Counted from the stretch's first letter, positions 1-8,610 are shown. The stretch: DNA of 13,374 nt from Oligoflexus sp. (GCA_041736305.1 JBGSTX010000160.1:1-13374); one strand, 5' to 3'. The notes: generated from the sequence alone by a model not told the origin. Numbers and translations: made by a program.

Positions 1-2
1 TC

Positions 3-2291
3 TTGGAGGCCGGCTCTGGTAAGGAAGCCTGGAAGCTCATGCTGGAAGGGCCCGAGCTCGTCGTGCTCGATATTCTACTCCCTGATACCAGCGGGTTTGA
101 ACTTTGTCAGCAGATCAAGGCGGATCCTCGCTGGAGTTCCGTGCCTATCTTGCATGTTTCGGCTTGTTTTACTTCCCCTCGAGAAAGAGGCCAAGGTTTA
201 GACATCGGAGCGGATGGCTACCTCGTTCATCCGATCGAAGCTCCCGAACTAATTAGTACGGTCAATGCCTTATTACGGGCTCGCGATAAGGAACTTGAAG
301 CTAAGACTAGAGCCGAGGAATGGCAGACAACCTTCGATAGTATTATAGATGGCATCTGTCTGGTCGATAGCCGTGGCCTGGTCAAGCAAGCCAACCTTGG
401 AATGGCAAAAATTCTGCAACAAGAACGCCAAAGCTTGATAGGCCAAAAATTTGAAAGCTTGGTTCTTGAACAGCTGAAAGCTGATAAGGAAACTCTGAAG
501 GCTCTTATTAAGTCTGGGGCAGCTGACGTTAGTCTCTTGCATGTCGCCTGCGGTAAGCAGTTTTTTTCAATTACTAAGCGTTTGGTGAAATTGGAGAAAC
601 CGAGTCTTGGGTCCGCTCCTCCTAGTGAGGCGACGGAGAGTTCAGTCTTCTGCTTTGCCGACATCACTGAGAGGGTGTTCGCCGAGCAGGCTGTTCGGCA
701 GAGTGAAGAACGCTTTCGGCAGCTCGCAGATAATATTAATGAGGTCTTCTGGATCAGCGATCTGCGCGCCAAGCGCATTCTTTATGTGAGTCCTGTTTTC
801 GAGACCATCTGGCAAATCCCTGTCGAAGAGCTTTATGAAAACTGGGATGCATGGACGGAAGTCGTGATTCCTGAAGACAAGCATAAAGTCATGGAATTTA
901 TTAGCGACAAAGATCACTTCGAAACTACTCTCGAAGATACTTTTCGCATCCGGCATCCCGATGGGTTGGTGCGGTGGATAAGGGTCCGAAGCTTTCCCAT
1001 CAAAGATGAAAATGGGTTTATCTATCGAAGGGCGGGAGTCTCCGAAGATATTACCGATCGTAAAGTCGGCGAAGATGAGCTGCGCCGCGCTAAGGAAGCG
1101 TCAGAAGAGGCGAGTCAGGCCAAGAGTAACTTTGTCGCAAATATGAGTCATGAGATAAGGACTCCTTTAGGAGCTATTCTTGGCTTTTCAGAAATATTGA
1201 TGGATTCAAACCTCACTTATTCAGAACGGGTCGGTTATGTCGAGACTATCAATCGAAATGGACACGAACTCGCTCTCCTAATCGATGATCTCCTCGATCT
1301 TGCAAAAGTTGAATCCGGACACTTGCAGGTTGAGCGGGTCCCTATGTCCCTGCCTACTCTGCTCTCAGATGTCATGAATACTTTTCTTGGTAAAGCTAAA
1401 GCGAAAGGCATTAAGCTTAGCATCACGTCCAACGGGAATATTTTTGAGAACATCATCAGTGATCGGATGCGTATCCGCCAGATTCTTGTCAATATCATTG
1501 GGAATGCGGTAAAATTTACCGCCAAAGGCGAGGTTAGTATCCAAGTGGGAACGGTGCCGGGCGAGCCTGATCTTTTGAAGTTTGAAGTTCGCGATACCGG
1601 TCGCGGGATTGGGCCCCAAGAGCTGGCCAAAATTTTTAACCCGTTCAGCCAGGCTGATACCTCCACCACGCGTGAGTATGGGGGTACCGGACTCGGCCTC
1701 GTGTTGGCGAGGAAACTGGCGCAGGCACTTGGAGGCGACGTCGTCCTCCAGGAGAGTGAATTGGGACAGGGGAGCGTTTTCGCTGTAACGATACAAAATG
1801 TTGCGGCACCGAGGAGTGCAGGCCTTTTCCCTTTAGATGAAAATCGACTAAGCAACGCTGGTCAAAATACCAGCTCTGCGATTGACGGAGGCTCAAAAAA
1901 CCGCCTGCAGCAGCTAAGAGTGCTTGTCGCGGAAGACTCGCTCGACAATCAAGTTTTAATTAAGCGGATACTTCATAAACATGGTTCGAAGGTGGCTATT
2001 GCGAACAATGGCTATGAGGCCATCGAGCGCGCCATGAACGAAGAATTCGACATTGTGCTGATGGATATCCAGATGCCGATTATCGATGGCTATGGGGCAG
2101 CAGAAGAGCTGCGACGAAGGGGCTTCAAGAAGCCTATTATCGCGCTGACAGCGCATGCGATGCGTGGTGAAAGGGAGCGATGTCTTGAAGCCGGCTGTGA
2201 CGATCACCTGTCAAAACCCATCTCCTATAAAAAGCTCATTGGAATGCTCGATCAATACTCTGGCCAAGGCCCAGATATTCAGCTGAGTTAG
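3..2291 (+). CDS. Hybrid sensor histidine kinase/response regulator (REC-PAS-PAS-HisKA-HATPase_c-REC), 5'-truncated by the window edge
   Basis: N-terminal receiver remnant (VVLDILLPD...GADGYLVHP), two PAS-like segments (TTFDSIIDGI; FRQLADNINEVFW...FRIRHPDG.VRWI), H-box NMSHEIRTPL, N-box NIIGNAVKFT, G1 DTGRGI, G2 GGTGLGL, C-terminal receiver (AEDS...LMDIQMP...ALTA...SKP). No transmembrane segment in the visible part. Confidence 0.95.
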   Translation: MEAGSGKEAWKLMLEGPELVVLDILLPDTSGFELCQQIKADPRWSSVPILHVSACFTSPRERGQGLDIGADGYLVHPIEAPELISTVNALLRARDKELEAKTRAEEWQTTFDSIIDGICLVDSRGLVKQANLGMAKILQQERQSLIGQKFESLVLEQLKADKETLKALIKSGAADVSLLHVACGKQFFSITKRLVKLEKPSLGSAPPSEATESSVFCFADITERVFAEQAVRQSEERFRQLADNINEVFWISDLRAKRILYVSPVFETIWQIPVEELYENWDAWTEVVIPEDKHKVMEFISDKDHFETTLEDTFRIRHPDGLVRWIRVRSFPIKDENGFIYRRAGVSEDITDRKVGEDELRRAKEASEEASQAKSNFVANMSHEIRTPLGAILGFSEILMDSNLTYSERVGYVETINRNGHELALLIDDLLDLAKVESGHLQVERVPMSLPTLLSDVMNTFLGKAKAKGIKLSITSNGNIFENIISDRMRIRQILVNIIGNAVKFTAKGEVSIQVGTVPGEPDLLKFEVRDTGRGIGPQELAKIFNPFSQADTSTTREYGGTGLGLVLARKLAQALGGDVVLQESELGQGSVFAVTIQNVAAPRSAGLFPLDENRLSNAGQNTSSAIDGGSKNRLQQLRVLVAEDSLDNQVLIKRILHKHGSKVAIANNGYEAIERAMNEEFDIVLMDIQMPIIDGYGAAEELRRRGFKKPIIALTAHAMRGERERCLEAGCDDHLSKPISYKKLIGMLDQYSGQGPDIQLS

Positions 2292-2323
2292 GACCCGAGG
2301 ATGGCGGCTGCCTCCGCCATCGC

Positions 2324-2353
2324 AGACAGGGCGGAATTAAGCCTTGTCTTTTT
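2324..2353 (+). terminator. Probable intrinsic terminator after the hybrid kinase
   Basis: AGACAGGGC-GGAATTAA-GCCTTGTCT (9-bp stem, one G-U) followed by TTTT, about 30 nt after the kinase stop. Confidence 0.6.
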
Positions 2354-2421
2354 GCGCTAGCTTCTGCTAAGGAAGCCATCGAGCGCCCTCTAGCCGCTCG
2401 TAGCCGCAGGAGCAGTAAATC

Positions 2422-3360
2422 GTGAGTAAGTCAGACTTTCTTGGTGGTGGGCGTCTCGGACCAGCCACCAAGTCCCCGATAGTTCCCCTTTCTAAGCGAC
2501 AGGCGTTTCTTACCCCTAAGAACAAGAAACCTATCGCTCCTGAAAAAAACAGCGTGGCCCCACTGCCGAAGAAGCGCAAACTTCTTAGCAAAGAGCGCAC
2601 AGAGCAGGCGAAGAACGAACTTCTCTATTACGGTCGTCGCATTTGTCACAAGATCGCTGCGGTAAGACGCGAAGATATCATTCGCGTCTACTGTACGGAA
2701 GAGACCTTGCCGGCTTTGGGGCCCGTCTTGCAATGGTGTTCACAGCAGCGGAAAGCTTATCATGTGGTGAGCAATGAAGAGTTGGAACGCATTACTCAGT
2801 CAGTGCATCACGAAGGCGTTGCAATCCTTGCCTTAGTGGAGCCTAGTGGCAGCTCGGAAGATCTCTTGGCCTTCGTCGATGGCGAAACGGCGCCGCTTCT
2901 GATACTCGACGGCGTACAAAATCCCCACAATCTTGGAACCATCATGCGGGTGATGGCTAGCTTCGGTTGGCCGGCTCTGGTCGGTTCATCTGAGCTTCCG
3001 ACTTTGTCGGCTTCAGCCGCCAGGATGAGCGAAGGTGGTTCAGCCTATGTTCGCTCTTTCGCCTGTGATGATCTTGCCACGACGCTCAGAGCTTTGAAGA
3101 AGCGTGGCTATCGCATTGTTGGAACTTCGAGTCGTGCACAGACTTCACTGTACGCGCAGCCTTTGCCGAAGAAATGTGCATTTGTTCTGGGTTCTGAAGT
3201 CAGCGGGATGTCAGACATGATAAGAAAACTGATCGATGAAGAACGCATTATACCAACCACTGGCCAAGTCGATAGCCTGAACGTCTCGGTTGCGAGTGGA
3301 CTGCTCCTTGGGGAGCATATGCGCCTTCATGGTCTTGGACCTGGCCGCAGCCTTTCCTAA
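2422..3360 (+). CDS. yfiF: TrmH/SpoU-family RNA 2'-O-methyltransferase, YfiF-like
   Basis: SPOUT motifs LDGVQNPHNLGTIMR, VLGSEVSGM and IP..GQVDSLNVSVA. The substrate-binding domain RKAYHVV...EL...HHEGV resembles YfiF. SD AGGAG at 2408-2412 precedes the GTG start. Lys-rich N-terminal extension. Confidence 0.88.
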   Translation: MSKSDFLGGGRLGPATKSPIVPLSKRQAFLTPKNKKPIAPEKNSVAPLPKKRKLLSKERTEQAKNELLYYGRRICHKIAAVRREDIIRVYCTEETLPALGPVLQWCSQQRKAYHVVSNEELERITQSVHHEGVAILALVEPSGSSEDLLAFVDGETAPLLILDGVQNPHNLGTIMRVMASFGWPALVGSSELPTLSASAARMSEGGSAYVRSFACDDLATTLRALKKRGYRIVGTSSRAQTSLYAQPLPKKCAFVLGSEVSGMSDMIRKLIDEERIIPTTGQVDSLNVSVASGLLLGEHMRLHGLGPGRSLS

Positions 3361-3378
3361 AATTACTTTCCGTATAAC

Positions 3379-3501
3379 TTGAATTGGAAAATTGAAGGGC
3401 CGCTGGCTGCCCTTCTGCTTCCCTTACTAGTCGGGGGAGTAGCCGCGATTGCTGCTGGCAAAACCCTGAATAGACGACAAAAAACGGGTTTTTTTGCTTA
3501 G
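3379..3501 (+). CDS. Possible 40-aa small membrane protein (not in the ORF track)
   Basis: TTG...TAG translates to (M)NWKIEGPLAALLLPLLVGGVAAIAAGKTLNRRQKTGFFA, a ~20-aa hydrophobic helix plus a basic tail. No clear SD. Confidence 0.3.
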   Translation: MNWKIEGPLAALLLPLLVGGVAAIAAGKTLNRRQKTGFFA

Positions 3502-3591
3502 AACCCGAGCAGTTTTTACCCCAAAGGCTTATTTTTTGCCCGCCTGTTCCGAAAGCAGAAGAGACAAGTACTATCTCGTGTCGGAGCCTGG

Positions 3592-4461
3592 ATGCTTCGT
3601 TTCTTGTGCTATTTTATCGTGGGGCTCATGTCCTTCGCTTGCAGCAGCGGCTCACCTGGTCGACTGCCTAGCGAGCCCGATGATTTTAGCTTAGATCCCG
3701 TGACGGGTCCTGACAAGGTCGATAATAAGGCCTACTTTTCAGATCTTGAACGCAGCGAGGCCGCTGTGGGGTTCGAGTCGTCGTTTCCTCTGCCCTTTGC
3801 AGTTGGAAAGAGTATCGATGGATTTGAATCCGTGCCGGATCAGGCGAAATCTCCACCTACTTCTCAGCTTAATATCTATCTTGGGCAATGCCGCTTCGTC
3901 GTGCGCACGAGCACGACACAGGTCGATCGCTTTATACTTGCGGGTCAGTGGATCAAGTTGAACGAAGGGCTTCCAGCTGGTGTTCCTGTGCGCCTGGAAC
4001 CGCATATGGATCTGAACATACGGGTCATCAGTCGCCTTCTCGTTGAGATCGCGCCGAGCCAGATGAATATTTGCCGGTCTTTGCTCAGTGGACGGCGGGT
4101 CTTCCTCGGACGTTTTCATCTCAATAAGTCCAAAATTGGTCTCCTAAGCGGCCCCGGTTTTCCTCGTCTCAGCTTCGTATCGCGTTCGGTGGAACCTCCC
4201 GGCAAGAGGATTTTCATTTTTTGGCAGCCGGGCGCCCCAGGACCTGTCATTATCGATGACTTTGATTTCCCAGCTACCTCAGAGTCAGGCATATTCCGGA
4301 CTCTCTTGGGGGATAAGGGATACTATTATTTGGTCTTTCAACCGCTCCTTCGAATGGATAAAGTGGATCAGCTGGTGATTCGCATACCTTTCAGCCCGAG
4401 TTCGGGTGAGACTGAGGCGCGTGCGAAAAAGCTTACACCCATCAAGAAACCGATCAAATAG
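3592..4461 (+). CDS. Hypothetical lipoprotein
   Basis: 289-aa ORF with a signal peptide ending in lipobox-like SFA-C followed by a Ser/Gly/Pro linker. SD GGAG at 3583-3586. No domain recognised. Confidence 0.7.
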   Translation: MLRFLCYFIVGLMSFACSSGSPGRLPSEPDDFSLDPVTGPDKVDNKAYFSDLERSEAAVGFESSFPLPFAVGKSIDGFESVPDQAKSPPTSQLNIYLGQCRFVVRTSTTQVDRFILAGQWIKLNEGLPAGVPVRLEPHMDLNIRVISRLLVEIAPSQMNICRSLLSGRRVFLGRFHLNKSKIGLLSGPGFPRLSFVSRSVEPPGKRIFIFWQPGAPGPVIIDDFDFPATSESGIFRTLLGDKGYYYLVFQPLLRMDKVDQLVIRIPFSPSSGETEARAKKLTPIKKPIK

Positions 4462-4470
4462 GGAAGCTGT

Positions 4471-4809
4471 ATGGCTCAGAATAAGCGTCAGCACTATCGC
4501 ATCATTTATAACGGTAAGTATCCCGTGCTAGATTCTATACTGGGTAAATTCTCGGTTCTGGATATTTCAGAACGTGGGGTCCGCTTCATCATAAAAGGTG
4601 ATCAGAATTTATTTGAGATTGGAAAGCTAGTAGAAGGGAAGATCTCTTTGCCAGAAGGGCGTGGCGAAGTGAAAATTAAAGGACGCGTGCTGAGAATTCT
4701 CTTGAACGAGATCGTACTGACCCTCGATGAGAAGGCCCCCATCCCGCTGAAGTTCATCATGGATGAACAGAGGGCGCTGATTAAGAAAGGTAAACTTTCA
4801 GCAGGCTGA
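4471..4809 (+). CDS. Standalone PilZ-domain (c-di-GMP-binding) protein
   Basis: RxxxR (RQHYR) and D/NxSxxG (DISERG) motifs, 112 aa with a beta-rich pattern. Starts 9 nt after the lipoprotein stop. Confidence 0.85.
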   Translation: MAQNKRQHYRIIYNGKYPVLDSILGKFSVLDISERGVRFIIKGDQNLFEIGKLVEGKISLPEGRGEVKIKGRVLRILLNEIVLTLDEKAPIPLKFIMDEQRALIKKGKLSAG

Positions 4810-4820
4810 GCCGTCTCTTA

Positions 4821-4988
4821 TCAGTGTTTTGGTAATCTCGATTTACTCGGACTTTGCTCGTTTGCGTCTACGCTAAGTCTTTGCTGAAGAGTTAGAGATT
4901 TTCTCTCCCCTGCGCTTAGAGATAAGCCGAAGTAAAGTGCGCCTATTCCGAGCATGAGAAGAACGATTTCCCTCTTGTGGCAAGCCAT
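4821..4988 (-). CDS. Small hypothetical membrane/secreted protein (55 aa; alternative GTG start at 5012)
   Basis: MACHKREIVLLMLGIGALYFGLSLSAGERK...: basic residues, then a hydrophobic helix, then a polar tail. Convergent with the PilZ gene (11-nt gap) and has a candidate upstream promoter. Confidence 0.5.
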   Translation of the reverse strand: MACHKREIVLLMLGIGALYFGLSLSAGERKSLTLQQRLSVDANEQSPSKSRLPKH

Positions 4989-5174
4989 ATATTTCACTGC
5001 TTTTCCCCACATCTCAGGTTAATAGTTTGCCTAGAGCCGAAGAATTTCGACTTTGGCTTGTTCCAAGACAAATGCTGTGTTTCTCTAGCTTCCAAGAGGA
5101 TTAGCACCTCTTGATCTCCCTCTTTCGGAAGGTTTGGTGGGATTTTGAAGTCCCGTTTATCATCGGCAAAAAAT

Positions 5175-5203
5175 AGCTTATAATATATTAATATCATTGT
5201 AAA
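5175..5203 (-). promoter_or_regulatory. Putative sigma70 promoter for the small minus-strand ORF
   Basis: Minus strand TTTACA (5203-5198), 17-nt spacer, TAAGCT (5180-5175), inside a very AT-rich tract. Confidence 0.45.
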
Positions 5204-5277
5204 AATTATGATAATGCACATTTTATGGAGGCTCTATTTAGGCCATTGCATCGAGATTTCTAAATTTTCTAATGGGT

Positions 5278-8200
5278 TTATTGGTAGTTCCGAGCCGGAG
5301 GCAGTTTTTGCAGGACCTGAGGCGGCCTTTCCAGCTTCAGTTCTTCTTCGGCCAGGGGACTACCCTGCGCTTGGGTCAATGGATAGAGAGGAATGGGTTT
5401 GGCTTCGGCCAGATGGGGGACGTGAACTTTTTGCACGAGTATAGAGTGCCCCTCTGCTTCTCTTTGCAGGCGTCCACTAGCGCAGATAAAGCCTTGCTTT
5501 TGAATGAGGTCCTGAAGAAGCGCAGCTTTCTGAGGAGTAAAAACTAGATTGATATAACCCGTTTCATCTTCCAAAGTAAAAAAGAGCATACCCTTCGCCG
5601 TCATCGGCGACTGGCGTACCAAGACTAGTCCAAAGACATGCACCTGGCTTTTGTCCGCCATGCGAGCAAGATTCTGTGAACGGCTGATAAGGGTGACCGG
5701 CAATTTGTAAGACCAGTGACGTTCGCGCAGTATCTTGGTCGGATGCTCACCCAGGGTTGTAGCGAAACTCTCAAAATCGCGTTCGAGTCTTTGCAGCTCA
5801 TCTTCCTGGCCGAAATCGTGTGGATCTTCGACATCCAAAAGAGGAGCAAAAGGTACGCCTTCCGAAATCCAGAGAGCACTTCGCCGTTCTAACCCAAAAC
5901 CTGCTAAAGCATTGGCCGCCGCGAGAGCCGTCAGATCACTGCGCGATAGACGAGTATCCTCTAGAAAACTCGCAAAATCCGTCCAGACTTGAACTCCTTT
6001 TTGGGAGCGCTTCTCTAAGAGATGCTCGGCGCCCGCTCGGGTAAATCCTCGCAACAATCGCAGCCCCAGTCTTATCGCGAGAGGCTGCTGTCCTGAGTCT
6101 ATATCAGAATCCCAGTCTGAGTAGCGAACATCGACCGGTAGTATAGGAGTGCCCCCACGACGCGCGCTCTGGACGAGAGCGTGAATAGAATAGAAACCTA
6201 CCGGTTGTGAGTTGAGCAGAGCTGTATAGAAAGCAGCTTGGTGATGGCATTTCAGATAGGCAGAAAGATAAGCGAGACGCGCAAAGGAAGCGGCGTGCGA
6301 CTCGGGAAAGCCGTAATCGGCGAAACCTTCCAGATAAGACAAAATCTGCTTAATGAAAGGCTCTTGAATGCCGTTGCGTCGCATACCTGTCTCGAGCTTT
6401 TGCACTAAGGGTCCCCAATCCTTCTTGATAGACCAAGAACCTATGTGCTTACGCAGCTGATCAGCTTCTCCTGCGGTAAAATCACCGACCAGCATAGCGA
6501 GCCGCATAATCTGCTCCTGGAAGATAGGAATACCGAGTGTCCGAGCCAAGAATGGTTTGCAACGATCATCCGGGTAGACGATGGGCTCAAGCCCTCGCCG
6601 CCGACGCAGATAGGGGTGGATAAGACCTCCTTGAATAGGGCCTGGGCGGATGATCCCGACCTGTACCACCAGATCGTAGAAGGTGCGCGGCCGCAAGCGA
6701 GGGAGCATCGACATCTGCGCCCGCGATTCGATCTGGAAAGTTCCTACGGTATCCGCTCTTTGAATCATCTTGTAAGTGGCCGCATCATCAGCTGGCAGAT
6801 CGATCAATTGCATGCTTTTGCCTTCATGCCGTCTGATGAGGTCGAGACTTTTACGCAGTACCGTCAGCATGCCGAGCGCGAGGAGGTCGATCTTGAAAAT
6901 ACCTAGCTCCTCGACATCATCCTTGTTCCATTGAATTACGGTACGGCCCGGCATCGTCGCAGGCTCTTGGGGGCATAGAGCATCGAGAGTATCGTGAGTG
7001 ATGACGAAGCCCCCGGAGTGGATGCCCATGTGATGGGGAAAGCCCTCGATTTTGTCGGCGAGTTTTTCCCATAATTTCCAGGGTAGAGCTGAGGAGAAGG
7101 CTCCTGTGTCTACTTCAGTCCGCGCGGAAGGGTCTTCAGGAACCCTTGCGCTCGGGGCTAGACGCGGATGTGCAAAATGCCTCGAGCGTGATTCGCTGGC
7201 TTTCGCAATATCCTCTTCGCACATACCGAGAGCCTTGCCAACGCAACGCATGGCACTCCTTCCCCGAAACGTCACGACATTGGCGAGCATAGCGGCCCGA
7301 TGTCGCCCGTAGCGTTGATAGATATACTGCAGAACTTCTTCCCTGCGCTCGTGTTCGAAGTCGACATCGATATCAGGCGGATCACCGCGTTCGACATTGA
7401 GGAACCTTTCGAAGAGCATGTCGAATTCTTGGGGATCAAGTACCGTGATGCCGAGCACAAAGCAGATAGCAGAATTAGCCGCTGAACCGCGACCCTGACA
7501 AAGAATTTTTTGACTGCGAGCCCATTGGACAATGTCGGCTACGGTCAGAAAATAATCAGCAAAACCCAGTTCGTTCACCAGGACCAGTTCGCGTTCAAGC
7601 AAGCGTCTGATAAGAGGAGAGATCTCTAATCCATAGTGCTTTCCTGCGGCTTGCCAAGTCAATTCTTCGAGGTACTCGTGAGTTGTATAACCGGGTGGCA
7701 AAAATTCCTGGGGATACTGATAGCGCAGCTCTTTGAGAGTGAACTCAAAACGTTCAGCAAGTTCTTGGCCTCTAGTAAGAATAGCGGCAGCTCCTGTAAA
7801 GCAGCTGTAGCGCTGCTCGAGCAAGGCTAAAGGCTGGAGGCATCGTTCGCTGTTGACGAAGAGGTGGGGCAGAATACTGTCGATGGGACGATTGAGGCGG
7901 ATGGCCTGCAGGATGTCGCTAAGCTCCTTGCTACCCGCTTCATGAAAATAGGCATCCTGGCTGAAGACGCAAGGAATTCCCAATTCATAGCTGAGGCGCA
8001 GCGTGGGTGTGATCCAGCGATCCTCGATAGGATTGAGGTGGCGACTCAAGACAAGATAAAAATTCTTCGCAAAATGATCGCGCAGCTGTCCATAGCGTTG
8101 ACGGGTCAATTCCATCTGATTGCGACGAATAAGGCCACGCATGGGCTGTAGGCAAAGAAGATGTTCGGACGGAATACTGCAAAGTTCTTCGAGAGTGACC

Positions 8201-8559
8201 CGAGCTTCACGCTTACTGGTGCGATGTGCCAGGGTCAAAATTTGACAGAGATGCTGATAACCTTGGCGATTGAGCGCATACAGGATGACCGTATCACGAT
8301 AGATAGGGGGTCGATGATGATCAGCTTGCAAATGAATTTCAGCGCCATAAAAAAGTTTGAGCTTGTTTTGTGCCCCCAAGCGCTCATGCTGGCTATAAGC
8401 TCGCACTAAGCCATAAACGCCGTCATAGTCAGAGAGACCGAGGCCTTGATACCCGAGATCGTGGGCGCGCTGCACATATTCTTCGGGATGGCTGGCACCT
8501 AAGCAAAAGCTAAAATTACTGTGACAGATCCACTCGTGCCAGATAAAAGAAGATTTCAT
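5278..8559 (-). CDS. dnaE2: Error-prone DNA polymerase III alpha subunit DnaE2 (ImuC)
   Basis: PHP start HSNFSF..GASHPEE, QGRGSAANSA.C, catalytic PPDIDVDFE and KIDLLALGML, FQIESRAQMSMLPRL.P, YGFPESHAASFA, OB-fold RQ.P.TAKG..F.TLEDETG. ATG at 8559 is preferred over TTG at 8610 because of where the domain starts. Downstream of imuB. Confidence 0.96.
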   Translation of the reverse strand: MKSSFIWHEWICHSNFSFCLGASHPEEYVQRAHDLGYQGLGLSDYDGVYGLVRAYSQHERLGAQNKLKLFYGAEIHLQADHHRPPIYRDTVILYALNRQGYQHLCQILTLAHRTSKREARVTLEELCSIPSEHLLCLQPMRGLIRRNQMELTRQRYGQLRDHFAKNFYLVLSRHLNPIEDRWITPTLRLSYELGIPCVFSQDAYFHEAGSKELSDILQAIRLNRPIDSILPHLFVNSERCLQPLALLEQRYSCFTGAAAILTRGQELAERFEFTLKELRYQYPQEFLPPGYTTHEYLEELTWQAAGKHYGLEISPLIRRLLERELVLVNELGFADYFLTVADIVQWARSQKILCQGRGSAANSAICFVLGITVLDPQEFDMLFERFLNVERGDPPDIDVDFEHERREEVLQYIYQRYGRHRAAMLANVVTFRGRSAMRCVGKALGMCEEDIAKASESRSRHFAHPRLAPSARVPEDPSARTEVDTGAFSSALPWKLWEKLADKIEGFPHHMGIHSGGFVITHDTLDALCPQEPATMPGRTVIQWNKDDVEELGIFKIDLLALGMLTVLRKSLDLIRRHEGKSMQLIDLPADDAATYKMIQRADTVGTFQIESRAQMSMLPRLRPRTFYDLVVQVGIIRPGPIQGGLIHPYLRRRRGLEPIVYPDDRCKPFLARTLGIPIFQEQIMRLAMLVGDFTAGEADQLRKHIGSWSIKKDWGPLVQKLETGMRRNGIQEPFIKQILSYLEGFADYGFPESHAASFARLAYLSAYLKCHHQAAFYTALLNSQPVGFYSIHALVQSARRGGTPILPVDVRYSDWDSDIDSGQQPLAIRLGLRLLRGFTRAGAEHLLEKRSQKGVQVWTDFASFLEDTRLSRSDLTALAAANALAGFGLERRSALWISEGVPFAPLLDVEDPHDFGQEDELQRLERDFESFATTLGEHPTKILRERHWSYKLPVTLISRSQNLARMADKSQVHVFGLVLVRQSPMTAKGMLFFTLEDETGYINLVFTPQKAALLQDLIQKQGFICASGRLQREAEGHSILVQKVHVPHLAEAKPIPLYPLTQAQGSPLAEEELKLERPPQVLQKLPPARNYQ

Positions 8560-8580
8560 GAGTTTAAATCTAAACCAAAC

Positions 8581-8610
8581 TTGCTGACTCTTCGTCCTTG
8601 AGTTCAGCAA
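8581..8610 (-). other. Stem-loop between imuB and dnaE2
   Basis: Minus strand TTGCTGAACTC-AAGGACGAA-GAGTCAGCAA (10 bp, one bulge) followed by GTTTGGTTT. Confidence 0.5.

Noticed and set aside
227-2207. Minus-strand and alternative-frame ORFs within the kinase (e.g. 227-778, 1235-1855, 1365-1796)
   Set aside because: Shadow ORFs of a well-supported gene, with no recognisable motifs.
3456-3492. GGCAAA...GACGACAAA resembling a c-di-GMP-I riboswitch upstream of the PilZ gene
   Set aside because: There is no GNRA-capped P2 stem or P3 receptor; the resemblance is superficial.
5085-5140. Fragments resembling c-di-GMP-I (CAAACC...CGAAAGAGGG) and SAM-I (ATCAAGAG, GGTGCTAAT) riboswitches on the minus strand
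   Set aside because: Only isolated sub-motifs match. The GACGCAAA junction and tetraloop receptor, and the SAM-I P2/P3 core, are missing.
4994-5221. 75-aa minus-strand ORF with a hydrophobic N-terminus
   Set aside because: The hydrophobic part comes from the AT-rich promoter tract and the rest spans the hairpin region; likely spurious but not strictly excluded.
5208-8409. Numerous short + strand ORFs opposite dnaE2 (e.g. 6445-6906)
   Set aside because: Antisense shadows of dnaE2 codon usage.
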